This document shows, in pieces, positions 24,001 through 37,690 of a stretch of DNA of 64,000 nucleotides. A program made the translations under genes and the position numbers. The DNA is from Lama guanicoe (taxonomy: Eukaryota), in NCBI GenBank assembly GCA_013239625.1, contig MU053754.1, forward strand, positions 1-64,000. Reading direction: 5' to 3'. Numbering within the stretch: position 1 is the stretch's first letter; each line of letters begins with the position of its first letter. Under the pieces are notes generated by a model. The model was not told where the DNA came from. It searched no databases and saw nothing but the letters and a program-made list of their open reading frames with translations.

Positions 24001-27000
24001 CGTCCACTTAACCGACGGCTCCTCCAAAGACACAGGGTCTCCGTGTCGGAAGCTCAGAGTGGACAGTGTCTCTTGTCAGTGTGCTGGGAGTCTGTCATCT
24101 TCGCCAGGGACCCAAGGGGACATGGATGGACTTGGAGAAGGAAGAGGAGGAGGGGGGAGGGGGAAGAGAAGACGCGGGTGAGAAGGGCCTAGAAGAAGGG
24201 CCCGTCCAGACCATGGTAACTCTGCTAGGAACTAAGCAGAGACACGGCTGGTTCTCCAGAGGCAGTGTGGGACTCGGTCTTCTTCCTCGGTGCCCCATGT
24301 CCTAGTACAGTGATGCTCCATCCTTACTTCTTTCATAGGGAAAGTTTGACTCTCTCCCCTCCCCAGTGTTCAGTGTCTTCCCCTCTCTGGGTTAGGATCC
24401 TTGAGGACTGCACAGCAGGTAATTTAAAGCCAGAAGCCCCCAAAGAATCTTTCCTCTGCCTGTTCCCTGGTGGGGCGAGTGGATGAATGCGGGCACCGTG
24501 ATTAAAGTTCAGAGCGGGTGTGGGGGGGTGGAGGGGGGTTATGGATGGTGTCTGTAGGCTGGCTTCCTCAGTTTACTCCACAGTGGGAAAAAAAAGCCAT
24601 GTATTTGGTAGGAATATTACCGAGCCACGGAGAAATCTGTCCATGAACGATCCTGGCACAAAGAGAGCCCGTTGTGAGCCTTAATGGATGAGGTCATCGT
24701 GGGGAAGCTGGCGTGCTGTTTGTAGCTGGAGGGATGCAAGTGACACAAAACGCAAGGCAGCATCGTAGGTCCCGTTACACACCTCAGCTTTCAGACCTGG
24801 CTGTCCCTCTCTTCCACCTCTGTCTTTGTGGGGACGAGGTGGCTGTCCTAGTTTTTCTGTCAACTTTTTAATATCTAAGATAGATCTTCATTTTTCTCTG
24901 GTTATGAACATAGCACATGCTACTTTGGAAAAACATTGAAGCAGGGTAAAAAAGGTAGACAAAGTTAAAATTGTTACCAGCCTTCACTGCCCCCACACCC
25001 CACTTCAGCTATCTACCTGTTCACAGTATCTTTCCCTTGCTGGTAAAAGTCCTTGCCTATGGGGGTTTTTGTTTTTAAAAAAAAAAAGTACTCTGAATTA
25101 TTGAATGAGTAATTTGGGGCCCCACGCCATAGACACTGTGCTTTTAGCTCACCAGGTGAATACCCAGGTAATGTCTGTGCCACCGTCCTACCTCTGAATC
25201 TCTGAACATCTTACGGGGACAAGAGCTCAGATGCCGGCGTGTTTATGGAAAGAGTTCACGTACCCCGTTGCACTGCAGTGACCTTTGAGGTCTCTCTCTC
25301 TCTGGGAGCACATTCTGACCCCTGCCAGGTAGAAATTTCCTCTCCTTCTCTGAGTCCGTCCTCTGATGTGCTCTGTCATAGCACTGAAAGTAGCTCAGAC
25401 CAGTTACTAATGGTTTTGTCTGTGGGTCGCAGGTGGCAGGGTCTGGTCCAGCTTACCTTTATATTTTTAGTGCCTGGTGTTGGGTCAGGAGGATCGATGT
25501 GCCAGCCTTGGATGGAGGAAATGAACAGCTGGGCATGTCCATCTATGCACATACAGAGTGGCGGTCACACGGGCTCCAGCTGGATGGCTGCCGGAGCCAC
25601 TGTTTGGTTGATGCCTCGCTCGGGTCGCCAGCATCCGAGGGCTCTCCGAAGGAATCCACAGACATCCCTATTTGCATTCCAATTATTCCCTACGGTGCCG
25701 ACTCAAGTGCAGATGCTTGTTGAAAAATAAAGGGTCAGAATCTCCAAAGAGGAAGATGATATTCAAGAGCATCGTGGCGGACAGAAAAGAAAAATGACAC
25801 TGGCACCATCCTCTTGTCTGGATTTCACTCCAGCGTGGACGGGATGTAAATCTTCCGACTCTGAGACTGAAGTGATTGCAGGTTGCTGGGAAGATGCAGA
25901 GCTGCCTTCTGTATTTTTAACAAAGAGAGTGGGAAGGCGTGTAGCAGCTGAAAGTTCTATCTTCTCACACAGCGTGTGAGACAGTAGCAATAAATTCTCA
26001 AGAGTTGTTTACTGAAGTGCTCCAGCTAATAAAAAAAAAAAAGGAGTTAAGCTGTTACGGAGAACTCTCCCTCCCAGCAACTTGCTCGAGTGTCATTTAG
26101 TTTTCAAGGTCACAGCAAGGAAGAGAGTCCTGGGCCGTCACCGTGAGCCTGGCCGTGACAGTGGTGGCTTTTCCCACTGTCTCAAAGGATATGGCTAAGG
26201 AAGTGTTCCTTCCTCCGAGAGCCAGCTGTCAGTCACAGCCCAGTGGTGATGGCTGTCTGTCCAGCCCGCAGGCCTGCGCTCCACGGATCACACCTCTGTT
26301 CTGGGGTGGTGCATTTTGTGCTTCGGTGTTTTTGCAAGCCAGGTGCGCTTTCTTAAGTGCTCCAGGTTTGTTTTCGTGTATGAAAACGAATCACTCTGCT
26401 TGGATGCCCTTGTCTGGTTCCTGTGATGTGGATTCTACTGGATGGTAGAGAGATGTTAGGGAAATAATTCTCCACACGGGTTCATATTGATAATGAGTGC
26501 ATGAATGGGCCTCTCCCCTTCCACCGAGGGTCCCCCTCCATTCCAAGACAGAAGTCACATTCCACGGTGCTTGAAGGAACTCCAGAGTGTTTGTTCTGTC
26601 TTGGACTTGGACGCAACTTGACCGTTCTTCCTGCACTCATCGTGAAAGATGTTTACCTCGGCCTCCCTCATTGCCTTGTTGTGCCGATCCTTGACTCTCT
26701 CATTCTCACCGCATGTGTTGACATGCCTGCATCTTGTGACCCCTGTGATGCTATAAAACACCAGTGACGTTGTTGGCCGCCTCTTCCTTAAGCTGTTTCC
26801 TTTTTTGTCCAACTTGCTAGGCACACAGTCGTTGTTCGTTCTCAGCACATACTGCCAGTCACATCTTGCATTTCCAGCTATGACCAGCTATGCCCTGGGA
26901 AGACTTGACTTTTTAAAGCTTCCTTATCTGTCTTCCTTAACTCTAAAAATAAGCGGGAGAACAGATGAGCCCGAGATCGTACTGAGATGGTACCCGTGCG

Positions 27001-27449
27001 TAGTGTAGCTTTTCTATTTAGGGACGAGTAGAAAGAGGGTAATTTTGTGTTTGTTTTGGGAACTCCAAGCCAGTTTTTAGGGCCCTCGTCTGCTTTTTGA
27101 GAAGGAGGTACAGCTTGTCCAAGCATGGCTATGCTTGCGCCCCAGAGCGACCCGGACGGACACGTCACAGACCTCCTTGTGTGCGGAAGTCCTCAGTGTG
27201 CCATGGCTTCGTCTCATTCTTCCAGGTTCTTCAAGGATACAAACCCTTGGAAGCAGCTCACGGGACGCCTTTGGGACACATTCTCACATACAGATTATCA
27301 GCTAGGAAGACAGCTTGCGTGCTTCTTCTAAACAAAAATACCTCTTCTTTCTGGGGAGGAACAGTTACAGAGCAGAGGCTGTGCGTTCTTATTCTCTTGC
27401 CTTCAAACTTCAGTTGCTGGGAGATGTGGGACAAGCTGCTTACAGCCTT

Positions 27450-27480
<31 letters not shown>

Positions 27481-28193
27481 GTGTGCGCATGTACTTTCTC
27501 AGTTGTGAAATAATAATGACATTCCTTCACCATATACTCTTGTAAGAGAAAAAACAAGGCAGAATGCATCTCCGAGCCCTGGACCTAGAAAACACGACGC
27601 GGCTGATTCACAAGCAGTTGCTGAGTTCAGTCTGTTTTCCGAGCACGGGCCGTGCCTGGCTCACCCCGACTGTGGCAGGCTGTGCTTCTTTTTTGTTTCA
27701 AAAGGCGGGCGCCCTTGAGCAAGCGCTACCTACCCCAGAGGTGTGAACAGCTGGCTTGCGGGTGCTGCAGCGACTGCAGGAACCGAAGCTGCATTCGCGT
27801 TAGGAAATTAAAAACGCGTTCATCAGCGTGTCATCAATTTGCATATTGGAAGTAAAGTCATTGCAGACGTGCTACCCAGTTACCCAATTCCTAAATTTGA
27901 TACAGTTTTGGGTATGATGAGGCCACACTGTGTGCAGAAGTCTGTCGGGTGTCGTGAGGGGTTAGGGCATTAAGTAAACTTATAAAAGCACTGGTGACTT
28001 AATTAAATAGATTATTTCTTTAGAACTTGTACTTGCCAGCAAAGATGTTGAACATGGGGTGTGATCCCTTCAAAGTGGCCAGAGACCCACACAGTAACTG
28101 GGCTGCCTAGCAGGGGTCCAGAAGGGCCCCAGGTGCACATCGGGAATGGCTTAAAACTCTTCAGCATCTTTCCATCCGCAGCAGTTCCAACGT

Positions 28194-28288
28194 GGGTGGG
28201 GGTGTAGCTCAGCGGTAGAGCGTGTGCTGAGCATGTGCGAGGTCCTGGGTTCAGTCTCCAGTACCTCTGTGTCAAAAAAAAAAAAAAA
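28194..28288 (+). mobile_element. tRNA-Ala-derived SINE with poly(A)
   Basis: gtgtagctcagcggtagagcgtgtgctgagcatgtgcgaggtcctgggttcagtc followed by an A-run. Confidence 0.9.
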
Positions 28289-28965
28289 CCCCAGGAAATC
28301 AGTTCCAGCAGGGTAGGTTTAGGTGCACTGTGAATTACGAAATGCTTTTGCAACACCATTCGTCCCTCTCTACGAAAGCACTGATGATTTAGGCTGGTTC
28401 AGAGAACGGTCCGTTTAACTTCCAGAAGGTCCGTTTAACTTCCAGAACTCAGCGTTGGCCGTTGAGCATTCATTATGGGACACCTGCTCCGTAGGAGAAG
28501 GTGGGCAGGATGGCAGAAGGCAGAGTTGGCTTGGCGTTGGAAAGATGTAGACGTGAGTGGTTGACGAAGCAAGATGCTGTCAAGACACTTGAGTGTGTCC
28601 AGTGTCAACTACTTCTGTATGTATATTCCAGAGAGGGTACTCTTCTGAAGGTGCTTGCATTCATATACATCTCATACAGAGAGGGAAGAGCAGAATTCAA
28701 TTTAAAAAAAGAAAAGAAAATGCAGGTGGTTCTCTGGTGCTTTTCTTCATTCAAGGACGTAGCACTTCAGTGTGCTGGTCTGTAGAAGGTCATCGTGCGT
28801 TACCTGTAGAGGCTTCTCTTCCCCTGAATCAGAGATTCGATATTAGGTGTCCTTTGGTGGTGGTTCCTGAATTCTCAAATGGCCTCGTGTAATCGTAGGT
28901 GGACCCTAGTCAGAACGGTGGCTGACGTGCTTATTTGGCTCTGGGATTTTTTTTTCCCCTCGCAG

Positions 28966-29102
28966 GAATGCTGAGACACCTTTCCTGCTGGTCCTGTCTT
29001 ACCTGCAAGTGCACACGGCTCTCTTCTCCAGCGAGGACTTTGCCGGCAAAAGTAAACACGGCGCTTACGGGGACGCTGCGGAGGAGATGGATTGGAGTGT
29101 GG
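28966..29102 (+). CDS. STS: STS exon 6 equivalent (137 bp)
   Basis: T-tract and cgcag|G acceptor. Reads [45 protein letters not shown](G). Donor G|gtatgt. This frame is not in the ORF track and was translated by hand. Confidence 0.97.
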
Positions 29103-32100
29103 GTATGTGGACCTCTGTCTTCAGTCTGCCCTTCAAATGCGGTTCAGTCTTTTGTTGCTTCTAGTTGACTTCCGTTGAGTTTCCAGCCGTGTCCCTGACG
29201 CCTTCAGAGACAGCATGTGTTTTTTTTTTTTGTTCTTTGTTTTGTCTTTTCAAAAAGGGTAACCAAACAAACACTAATAATGAAAGGTAAACAGAGTGTA
29301 GAAAGCATCTCAGCCCCGAGTGCGTGATTTGCAGTTGCCAACGGATACGGCACCAGGGGGAGTCTGTGTCTTGGGGGTGGGGGCTGGTGATGGAAGAGAT
29401 TAATGAAGAAAGGGAATTAAAGCGTTAATCCTTCTCATTGCTTTATTCTTTTAGCAATTAAATATGAGCAATCCCTTGCCTTTCGCAAAGCTAGGTCCAT
29501 GGTGGATTTGGGGTACAGAGGCTCTCAGTGCCATAGCCACGGGGTCCTCCAAGGCTGCTGTTAGCTCACACCATGCCTGCTTCTCCTGGACCTTGTGCTC
29601 TTCTTGCTGCAACGACCACCTCGTTCCCTGCGTCCCTTCTCCTTTTCCTAAGAGGTTACCCTGTTTCTGAGAAATGGTGGCATTTTTTTTCAGAGGTGTC
29701 AGAAGGACGTCTTTTTTAGGGTTTTCCCTTTAAAATTGTGTCTCGCACATCTACATGAGATGGTGGAGACCTGTATTCTTCCGCACAGCTGAGCCGTCTC
29801 GGGTCTGTTCCAGGATGTGGGTGTAGCCAGAGTACGTGGGTTCAGCACAGGGAGGCCAGATCACTGGGCTCTGTACTTCTCACTCGGTTCCGTCTTGTAC
29901 TGTGTCTCTCACGGTAGCATTGCTCGGTCTGGCCGGGAAAAATTGGACAAAATTGGACAAAATTGAGCAAATGGCATTATCAGCCATGTTGCTTCAGATT
30001 TTTCTCTATTTCCTTTTTTCCGTGTCTCGTCTCCTTCCTTTTCTTCTTGTCCACTGATTGGACAGTTTTGGAATCTAGATGTTTTAGAGATACTTGAGCA
30101 TGGCCACAGAGTTCTCCTGTTGGTTTGTTTTAAGCAGCATACTGCATTTCGTGAGGGCCACCAACTGCGTTGATTATAAGAGCAAGCGTTGTTTTGTTTC
30201 GTCTCCATCTCGGTGGGAGCACGGTCTTCCGGACAAGATGGCTGCACCGCTATTCAAGGTTCTAGCTCTTGCTTTAACGATCTCTGTGAACTTGAAAGGT
30301 GTCTTCGATCTCTGGGCCTGGTGGAGAATTCAGACGAGGCAAGTTCTCAGTGTCTTTCTTCCCTAACGATCTCTGTGATGTTAGTGGATAACAGAAGTGA
30401 GTACAAATGATGGATACGTACTAGGAAAAACAAAACAGAACACCCCCCCTAATGAGATTCGTAAGGAGAACGCATTATGCTCGGAGCTTTGACAGACACC
30501 AGTACAAGCCTGCCTGAGTCATCTTTCCTTCTGAGAACGTCGCATGGAAATTAGTTCACGTCGTCCACACCTTGGTACTGTGAACCAGTAGACTATTCCG
30601 CAGTGTGAATCCGTAGCATATTTTATCTCTTTAATGAGTGTTACATGTTAATGTAACAGGTTTTGTCTGCGGCTCTCCAACGTTTGTTGGCTACGGAGCG
30701 AGCTCAGGCTGCTTGCATTGCACTGACTGATGAAGTTTTATTTAATTAGAGCAGCTCATATGCCTACCCTGACTCCTTAAAAAGTCTGACTTCCAATGCT
30801 TTCCTGCTACTGGTGCGTCTAATCTTTGAGATCTGCGTTAGCCCCTGATATCATACTACTAGAGAATTGTGTTGTTTCTTTTTCGCCAAAAAATGAAATC
30901 TTTCCCTTAAGCCGTCCCGTTTATTTCTCAGGGTGTCTGTTGTTTTACAAATCCAGTACCTCTGAGCAGCTTGAGGAATATTCTTTCTTTCCAGGAATAT
31001 TCTTTCTTTCAGTATCCCAGAGAAGGAGACTAGCGTTTTGAATAATCATGTCATAAAATAACACGGGGATATTGGCTTAAAAAGGAATGCACCCAGCACC
31101 AGGAGCCGCTGAGAGAGAAGCAGTCAGCTAGAGAGGGCAGATCTCTGTCCCTGAGAGCATTTCCTTTCAGAATGCCTGGAGGCAGCGTCTTTCTACGGAG
31201 CATAACTTTCTCCTCTGCAGGTTTCTCTGTCCCAGTAAAGCCGTGTTCCTAAAAACCACCTTTGTTATTGAATTGTCCTCCACGGCCAGCCCCACCCCCG
31301 CCCCACATCCTAGTGCCTCAGCGTCTTGTTCTTAGTGGCACGATCGTTCTAGCTTGCGTTATAATAACACCGGAAGAACTGGCCACACAGCTGTGGTGTG
31401 AGGGCTACGCCAGGGGTGTCGTGGTGGCTGCAGACCTGGAGCTTGAACACCACCGTGCAATTCGAGGGGTGGGCCCGTTCTAGTCGTCACAGCTACCGTC
31501 TGCTGAGCGCATGTTCCCCGCACCTGGCCCGGGACTTCCCGGGCATCCCCTCCCTTTGTGCTGGCGACAGTCGGGGCATCACTCCCGTTCTGTGGGTGAG
31601 GCAGGGGGAGGCTTGCAGAAGGCTGAGTGCACCTGCCTCAGGTCACACAATGCATGAGCAGTTGGCCCCCATCCGAATGCAGTCGCCTGAAGTCTGGTCC
31701 ACCTCCCTCCATGGCTTTCCAGGTAACCGGAAAGGCCACATCGGTGTAGTGTCGTAGTGCACACAGTCAACAATAAATCACAGGGGAAGAGCTGGTTCCT
31801 TCGTTCATCACCTTTATTAGATGCCCACTCTGTGCCTCTTTATTTTTTTTTAATTTTTGGATACAGAAATTAAAATGCAATGACGGTAAAACCCTGGCTT
31901 AAGAGAATTGAGGCGCTGCTAAGGTGTTTAAGATTCTTCCAGGCGATCTCATAAGAACCCAGAGCAGAAAGGAACGAATGGCTGAGGTGCACATAATTCT
32001 TGAGCGGTTTGAAAAGGGAAAGGTCCCTGTATATGGCCGATGGCCGGCCTCATCATTGCAGCAGGACACACTTACAGGTGAAGCCTTTGGGCAGTCGTGG

Positions 32101-33560
32101 CACTATTGCAAGTCTGATTTTCAACCTCAATTAATTCCCAAGCTGCAGAGCTTTAGGGGAGGAAGAGCGGGTGGGTGAAATCGTGGTGTTCTCAAATGCA
32201 CACCAGTTATTTTGGGTGGGAGCCATTCTAGCTGTTTTCCTTCGTTCGGAAATGCAGTGACATTTACCTGAGACCTGTGAATGGGTGGTGGGAGGGGACA
32301 GAGGGAGCAGGTGGAGGGATGGGAGGCTTGGAGGCGGTCCCAGCCAGTGCTTTCTTGTCTGTGCCACATCCGTTTGCAGCGCTCACGGCTCCAGAGTGTC
32401 AGGTGGCATTTGCCTGTGTTAGCTTTTATTAAGAACCCCGTGCTATTCATAGAACCACGTGAAGGAATCTAAAACCAGCACCTGCTTGGGATGAGACTAG
32501 CAAATTCTCTCTCCTACAAAGAGGAATGCAAGTCGAGAATACAATGAAGCAATTGTGAAAATAAATCTCTGGCTTCAAATCAAACCTTCCAATTAAAAAA
32601 ACAAACCTCTGTCACTTCTGAGGGTTGGGACCCAGTGACTAATGTGAGATTCTTTCCAATGAAAACAGTGAGTCTCTTTTTTAATCTGGAAGAAGCACCA
32701 GCCATCCTACTGGGACCCCAGAATCCCTCAGGAGTTTGGTTGAGTTGCTCAGGACCTGTGATGTGGCACCCCCTACTGGCTGTGTCTGGTAGGGCAACCT
32801 CAGTTTCTCCCGGTGTCTCTCCCCTTGGGGGGGCACTGGACGGTGCCACCTTCTGTGGGCACAGAAATGAAGCAGAGAACCCACCAGAAGGAAAAAGTCA
32901 TGGATGAATTCATGAAAGACGAGCTGGAGGGTGCAGAATGAACCCCTCTTTTCTGTGCCTGACGTATAGTCAAGACATGGGTCAAGATCATGTGTGACTA
33001 CCTGTCAAATGTGTCTTGAGGAGCGGAGAGTAAATTGGAGGTCCTCATTTAGCAAGAGGTCAGGATAGTTGCACAAGCCTCGGGAACCACAAGGAAACTC
33101 TGAAGATCAGGAGCCTTAGGGGTCAGTCCAAGTCCCTCAAACATACAGCATAATTCTAACCATGGTTTGGCTTATTCGATGTGGGTCCAAGGGATGTTCT
33201 GTTTAAAAGTGGTCTCTTTCTAAGAGTCGTGGAGTAAGTAAAATCATTGTCAGAGCCTGCAATGCAGTGGACATTGAGTAACTGCTCGGTGATAGGTTTA
33301 TTTACCCTGACAAAGGGGCTCTGGCTGAGTGTACGTAGAAGACATTTACTTTAGGGTGCTACAGACCAGGCCCACAGCGGGTGCGCAGTTAAGTAATTTT
33401 TGAAGATGGCGTCAGGAAGGGCAGATACCTGTTGGTTGCAAGGCCCTGTCCAAGGTGCTGAAATGACTAGGCGAGCTTAGCTTTCTCTTGCACATGTGGA
33501 TACCAGTCCAACGGTGGGAGTGGATAGGCATGCTTTGCAAGAATATTAAAAACCATTTGA

Positions 33561-33886
33561 GGGGGCAAGGAATAGCTCAGTGGTAGAGTGCATGCTTAGC
33601 ATGCATGAGGTCCTGGGTTCAATCTCTTGTACCTCCATTTCATAAATAACAATTATAGCTAATTACCCCCATACACACAGAAAGAAATAAATTAAAGCAA
33701 CAAAACAAACAAAAACAGTGGGGGAGGGTATAGCTCAGGTGGTAGAGTACATGCTTAGCATACACAGGGCCCTAGGTTCAATCTCCAGTGCCCTCTCTAA
33801 ACATAAATAAGTAAGTAAGCTTAATTACCTCCCACTCAAAATACAGTAAATAAATAAAAATTCAGAAAACAAAACAAAAACAAACA
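33561..33886 (+). mobile_element. Two tRNA-Ala-derived SINEs head to tail (second starts ~33720)
   Basis: Two successive tagctcag(g)tggtagagt..catgcttagcat..ggttcaatct heads, each with a taattacc motif and an A-rich tail. Confidence 0.92.
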
Positions 33887-34068
33887 GTTGAGCACCTTGT
33901 GACTCAAGGTTTATCTCCGTCTAAATCCAGGACAAAAGTTTACAAATCCACCTCCGGGTTCCTACTTCTCGAAAACTAGCATTTCGGGGCCAACCAAAGC
34001 AGTGCTGGGTATTTTGTCCTCCTTCTGTTCTGTAGAGAATGTCATCTGAGCTGTAAGGCTGTGTCTTT

Positions 34069-34130
34069 TTTTTTTAACATTTTTTATTGATTTATAATCA
34101 TTTTACAATGTTGTGTCAAATTCCAGTGTT
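34069..34130 (-). mobile_element. Very short young L1 3' tail
   Basis: ttttaacattttttattgatttataatcattttacaatgttgtgtcaaattccagtgt flanked by a perfect 13-bp TSD aggctgtgtcttt (34056-34068, 34131-34143). Confidence 0.85.
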
Positions 34131-35691
34131 AGGCTGTGTCTTTCCCTTGGAATTCCTTCAGTGCGTTGGTGTTCCATCTTGAAATTTTTAAAAGCTCTTA
34201 TTCCTGATAAATGGGACCTTCTTTAAAGTGTGAAAAATCAGGTGCTCACTTCTGAGGGTTCCTATAAATGGAAGGGCAGGGCCAGTAGAACATTCAAAGG
34301 AAGGGAAAATCAGGGAGAATCCCCAAAAGAAAAATGAAAGGCCAGCCAGACACTCAGAGGAAAGACTAGGAGAAGTGGGGTCATGGGCCTCAGAGGGAGG
34401 AACATCTCCAGGAAGGAGGGTCAGCACCAACTAAGACTTCTGAGACATCATTTGAGGAAGAGAGAAAAAGGGTCCAGTGGATTTCACTGCTATGAACTTC
34501 AGGGTTATACCAGATTGCAAAGTGAGGGATTTGGGGGGAGCTGGGGGTAAGTGAGGTTGGATATTCCTTTTTAAGAAGCGTGGGGGGACTTGGATGCAGG
34601 ATGACTTACCATACTGTGTTGAACTCAGTCTTCCTGGAAACAGTGCTTTGGGTGTGGGCATCCATCAGTCAGAGTGTGTGCTTTTCTGTCCGACGCAGGC
34701 ACAGGAAGAAGGATCGTGACGTTGATGGATAATTGAAGTTTTGCTGGGGAACGTCACAAAAGATGACTGGGCATGGGACTTGGGTGATTGGCAAGAGAAT
34801 GACGAGGATGGCAGAGTACGGGAGGGGAAGGAGGATGGAAGGGGGCTGGTGGCTTGGGAGGTGATGGGCTGGGAGTCTAAACCGGATTGTAGGAGAAGTG
34901 GTGGAAGGCTAGAACAAGGTGCAAGTGTTTCATGTCAGAGGCAGAAGGGTTCCAGGTGTCTCCAGACCTGTGGCGTGTATCTACGATGATGACCTAAAGA
35001 CTAGATGCAAGTTACTGTGTCAAGAGATCAAGGAGCCAGGAAGCCAGGGCGTTCGGCGGTCACCTTTGCTGTGACAGAGATGCAGCAGAGATGGCGAGCT
35101 CGGCCGTTCTGCGATGGTTACGGCTGAGTGGCTTCATTCACTTTCAGAGTGAAGGTCTACAGCTGGGGAGCAAGGGTGGCAGGCCAGTGGTGGGCTTTAT
35201 GGGGAGAAATGTACAGCCGTTAGGGACCACATGTTCATGAGCTGAACTTCCAGTTGCATCAGACAGACACTCACAGTTGAGGCTTGGAAATTATTTCAGG
35301 GGTTGGTCACCAGCCAGAGGACCAGGTTTTTAACCGGTTTCAGGGAGAGAAGGGGGATGGTCCACGTACACTAAGAGCGTGCTGGCTCCCAGCTCTGTGC
35401 AGCAGAGCCCCATCTGTTGGCTCCGTGACGCCAAGGCGGTATTGAGAGCTAGGTGCTCATGACACGTGGATCGTTGTCACATTGTAGCCATGGTGCCCGT
35501 GATGGCGAGCTGTGCTGGGGTGCAGTTTGAGGTCATAGGAACCAGAACGTGAAGGGGTTCCATCATAAAACTCCTCAACTCCTGAAGGAAAGCACACATG
35601 CATCTCCTGGTCTTTCTGCAAGCAAACGTTAGGTGTTGTGTGAATTCTTAGATGTGTTTTTTTAACTTGCACTTTTGTTTAAAAATGTGCT

Positions 35692-36580
35692 GCACATAAA
35701 GAAATGCTCAGTATTGCTAATTATTAGAGAAATGCAAATCAAAACTACAGTGAGGTATCACCTCACACCAGTCAGAATGGCCATCATTCAAAAGTCCACG
35801 AATGATAAATGCTGGAGAGGCTGTGGAGAAAGGGGAACCCTCCTATACTGCTGGTGGGAATGCAGTTTGGTGCAGCCACTGTGGAAAACAGTATGGAGAT
35901 TCCTTAAAAAACTAAAATTAGATTTACCTTATGATCCAGCAGTCCCACTCCTGGGCATGTATTCAGAAAAGATGAAAACTGCAATTTGAAAACATATGTG
36001 CACCCCAATATTCATAGCAGCACTATTTACAATAGCAAAGTCATGGAAACAACCTAAATGTCCATTGACAGATGACTGGATAAAGAAAATGTCGTGTGTT
36101 TATACAATGGAATACTATTCAGCCCTAAAAAATTAAGTATTGTCATTTGCAGCAATATGGACGGACCTAGAGATTATCATACTAGCCAAAATAAGTCAAA
36201 GAAGGATAAGTTTCATATCCAAATATAAAAAAAATTAAGTGAATCTATATACAAAACAGAAACAGACTCATGGACGTAGAAAACAAACTTACGTTTACCA
36301 AAAGAGAAAAGGAGTTGAAGCAGGGGTAAATTATGAGTATAGGATTAGGAGATACATAAAACAGATAAACAACAAGGTCCTACTGTACAGCACAGGGAAC
36401 CATACTCAATATCTTGTAATAACCTATAACGGAAAGTCATTTGAAAAAATGTGTGTGTGTGTATATATAAATATATATATTATATATATATATATATATA
36501 TGTATATAACTGAATCACTTGGATGTACACCTGAAAATAACACAATACTGTCAGTCAACTTTCTACTTCAATTATTTTTT
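35692..36580 (+). mobile_element. 5'-truncated L1: ORF2 C-terminal remnant plus 3' UTR
   Basis: Translation [58 protein letters not shown] is the L1 ORF2 Cys-rich domain. TSD-like ttaaaaatgtgct / ttaaaaactgtgct. Confidence 0.95.
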
Positions 36581-37249
36581 TAAAAACTGTGCTCTGTAGA
36601 GTTTAAATTAAAATAAACAAACCATGTGGCCCTGGCTTCAGAATAGACAGAATGATGGAAAAGAAAGAGGAAGTGGGGAAAGAGAATCTTGTGTAAAATT
36701 TAAAAGGGCGGTTCAGGCAGACAGGTGAGAGTAGATGCATTCACTGCAACAGGGTGATTGAACTTTTAGGGAGAGACATCATAGTGACCTCCCGGGGCCT
36801 GGCACGGTGGTGAGTGCCCTGCGTGCATTTGGAAGGTGTGATGTTGGTGGCAGTGATGCAGATGGTGATACAGGTGATAACGGTAAATGAAGAAGAAAAC
36901 GTCGATGGTGATGAGGGTGGTCCAGTGATGATGACGAGGAGGCGGAGGAGGAAGAGAGTGACGGTGCTCACGGGACAGAAGTCAGTTGTCCAGGGAACTG
37001 AAGTTTGGAATCCGAGAGTCGCTCACCCAAAGTGATGGATGCAAAGAGCTAGGAGTTCAGTCGGGTTCTGTCCTGCCTGCCGTGCGACCCTGCTGTTCCC
37101 CATTTATCTGAGCAGATTCCTTGGGCAGGTGGAATTTAGAAAATGGTGCTGCTGGAGAACGCGAGAAAATATATTGAGGTCTGTGTCGAGGGGAGCAAGG
37201 TCTTGCTGAGCATAAAAGCCAAAGAACCAAGAAGAAAGGAAAAGATAAC

Positions 37250-37690
37250 ACGTATTTGTACATACGTGTGTTTTCTTTTCAGACTCTTTTCCATTATACG
37301 TTATTAGAAGAAATTGGATACACTTCCCTGTGCTCTGCAATAGGTCCATGTTGTTCATGTGTTTCATGTGTAGTAATGTGTGTTTGTTAATTACCAGCCC
37401 CTACTTTATCCCTCTCTCCCTTTTCCCCTTTGGTAACTATAGTTTGTTTTCTATGTCCCTGAGTCTGTTTCTGGTTTGTGAATAGAATTTGTATCCTTTT
37501 TTTTAGATTCCACATATAAGTGACAGCATACAATATTTGTCTTTCTCTTTCTGACTTATTGTAATAACATGATGAAGAATCTGGAAAGAAAAATATGTAT
37601 GTGTATGTATATATGTATAACTGAGTCACTTTGCTGTACACCTGAAACTAGCATTGTAAATCAGCTACACTTCAATACAAAATTTTTTTA
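37250..37690. mobile_element. L1 3' region with internal inversion (minus part ~37250-37558, plus part ~37559-37690)
   Basis: Minus-strand L1 UTR (ttagattccacatataagtga..ttctgactta) directly abuts the plus-strand terminal UTR (gtataactgagtcactttgctgtacacctgaaacta..cttcaat). Confidence 0.8.

Noticed and set aside
35675..35989. 104-aa ORF with a real protein signature
   Set aside because: It is the L1 ORF2 C-terminal remnant of a truncated element, not a host gene.
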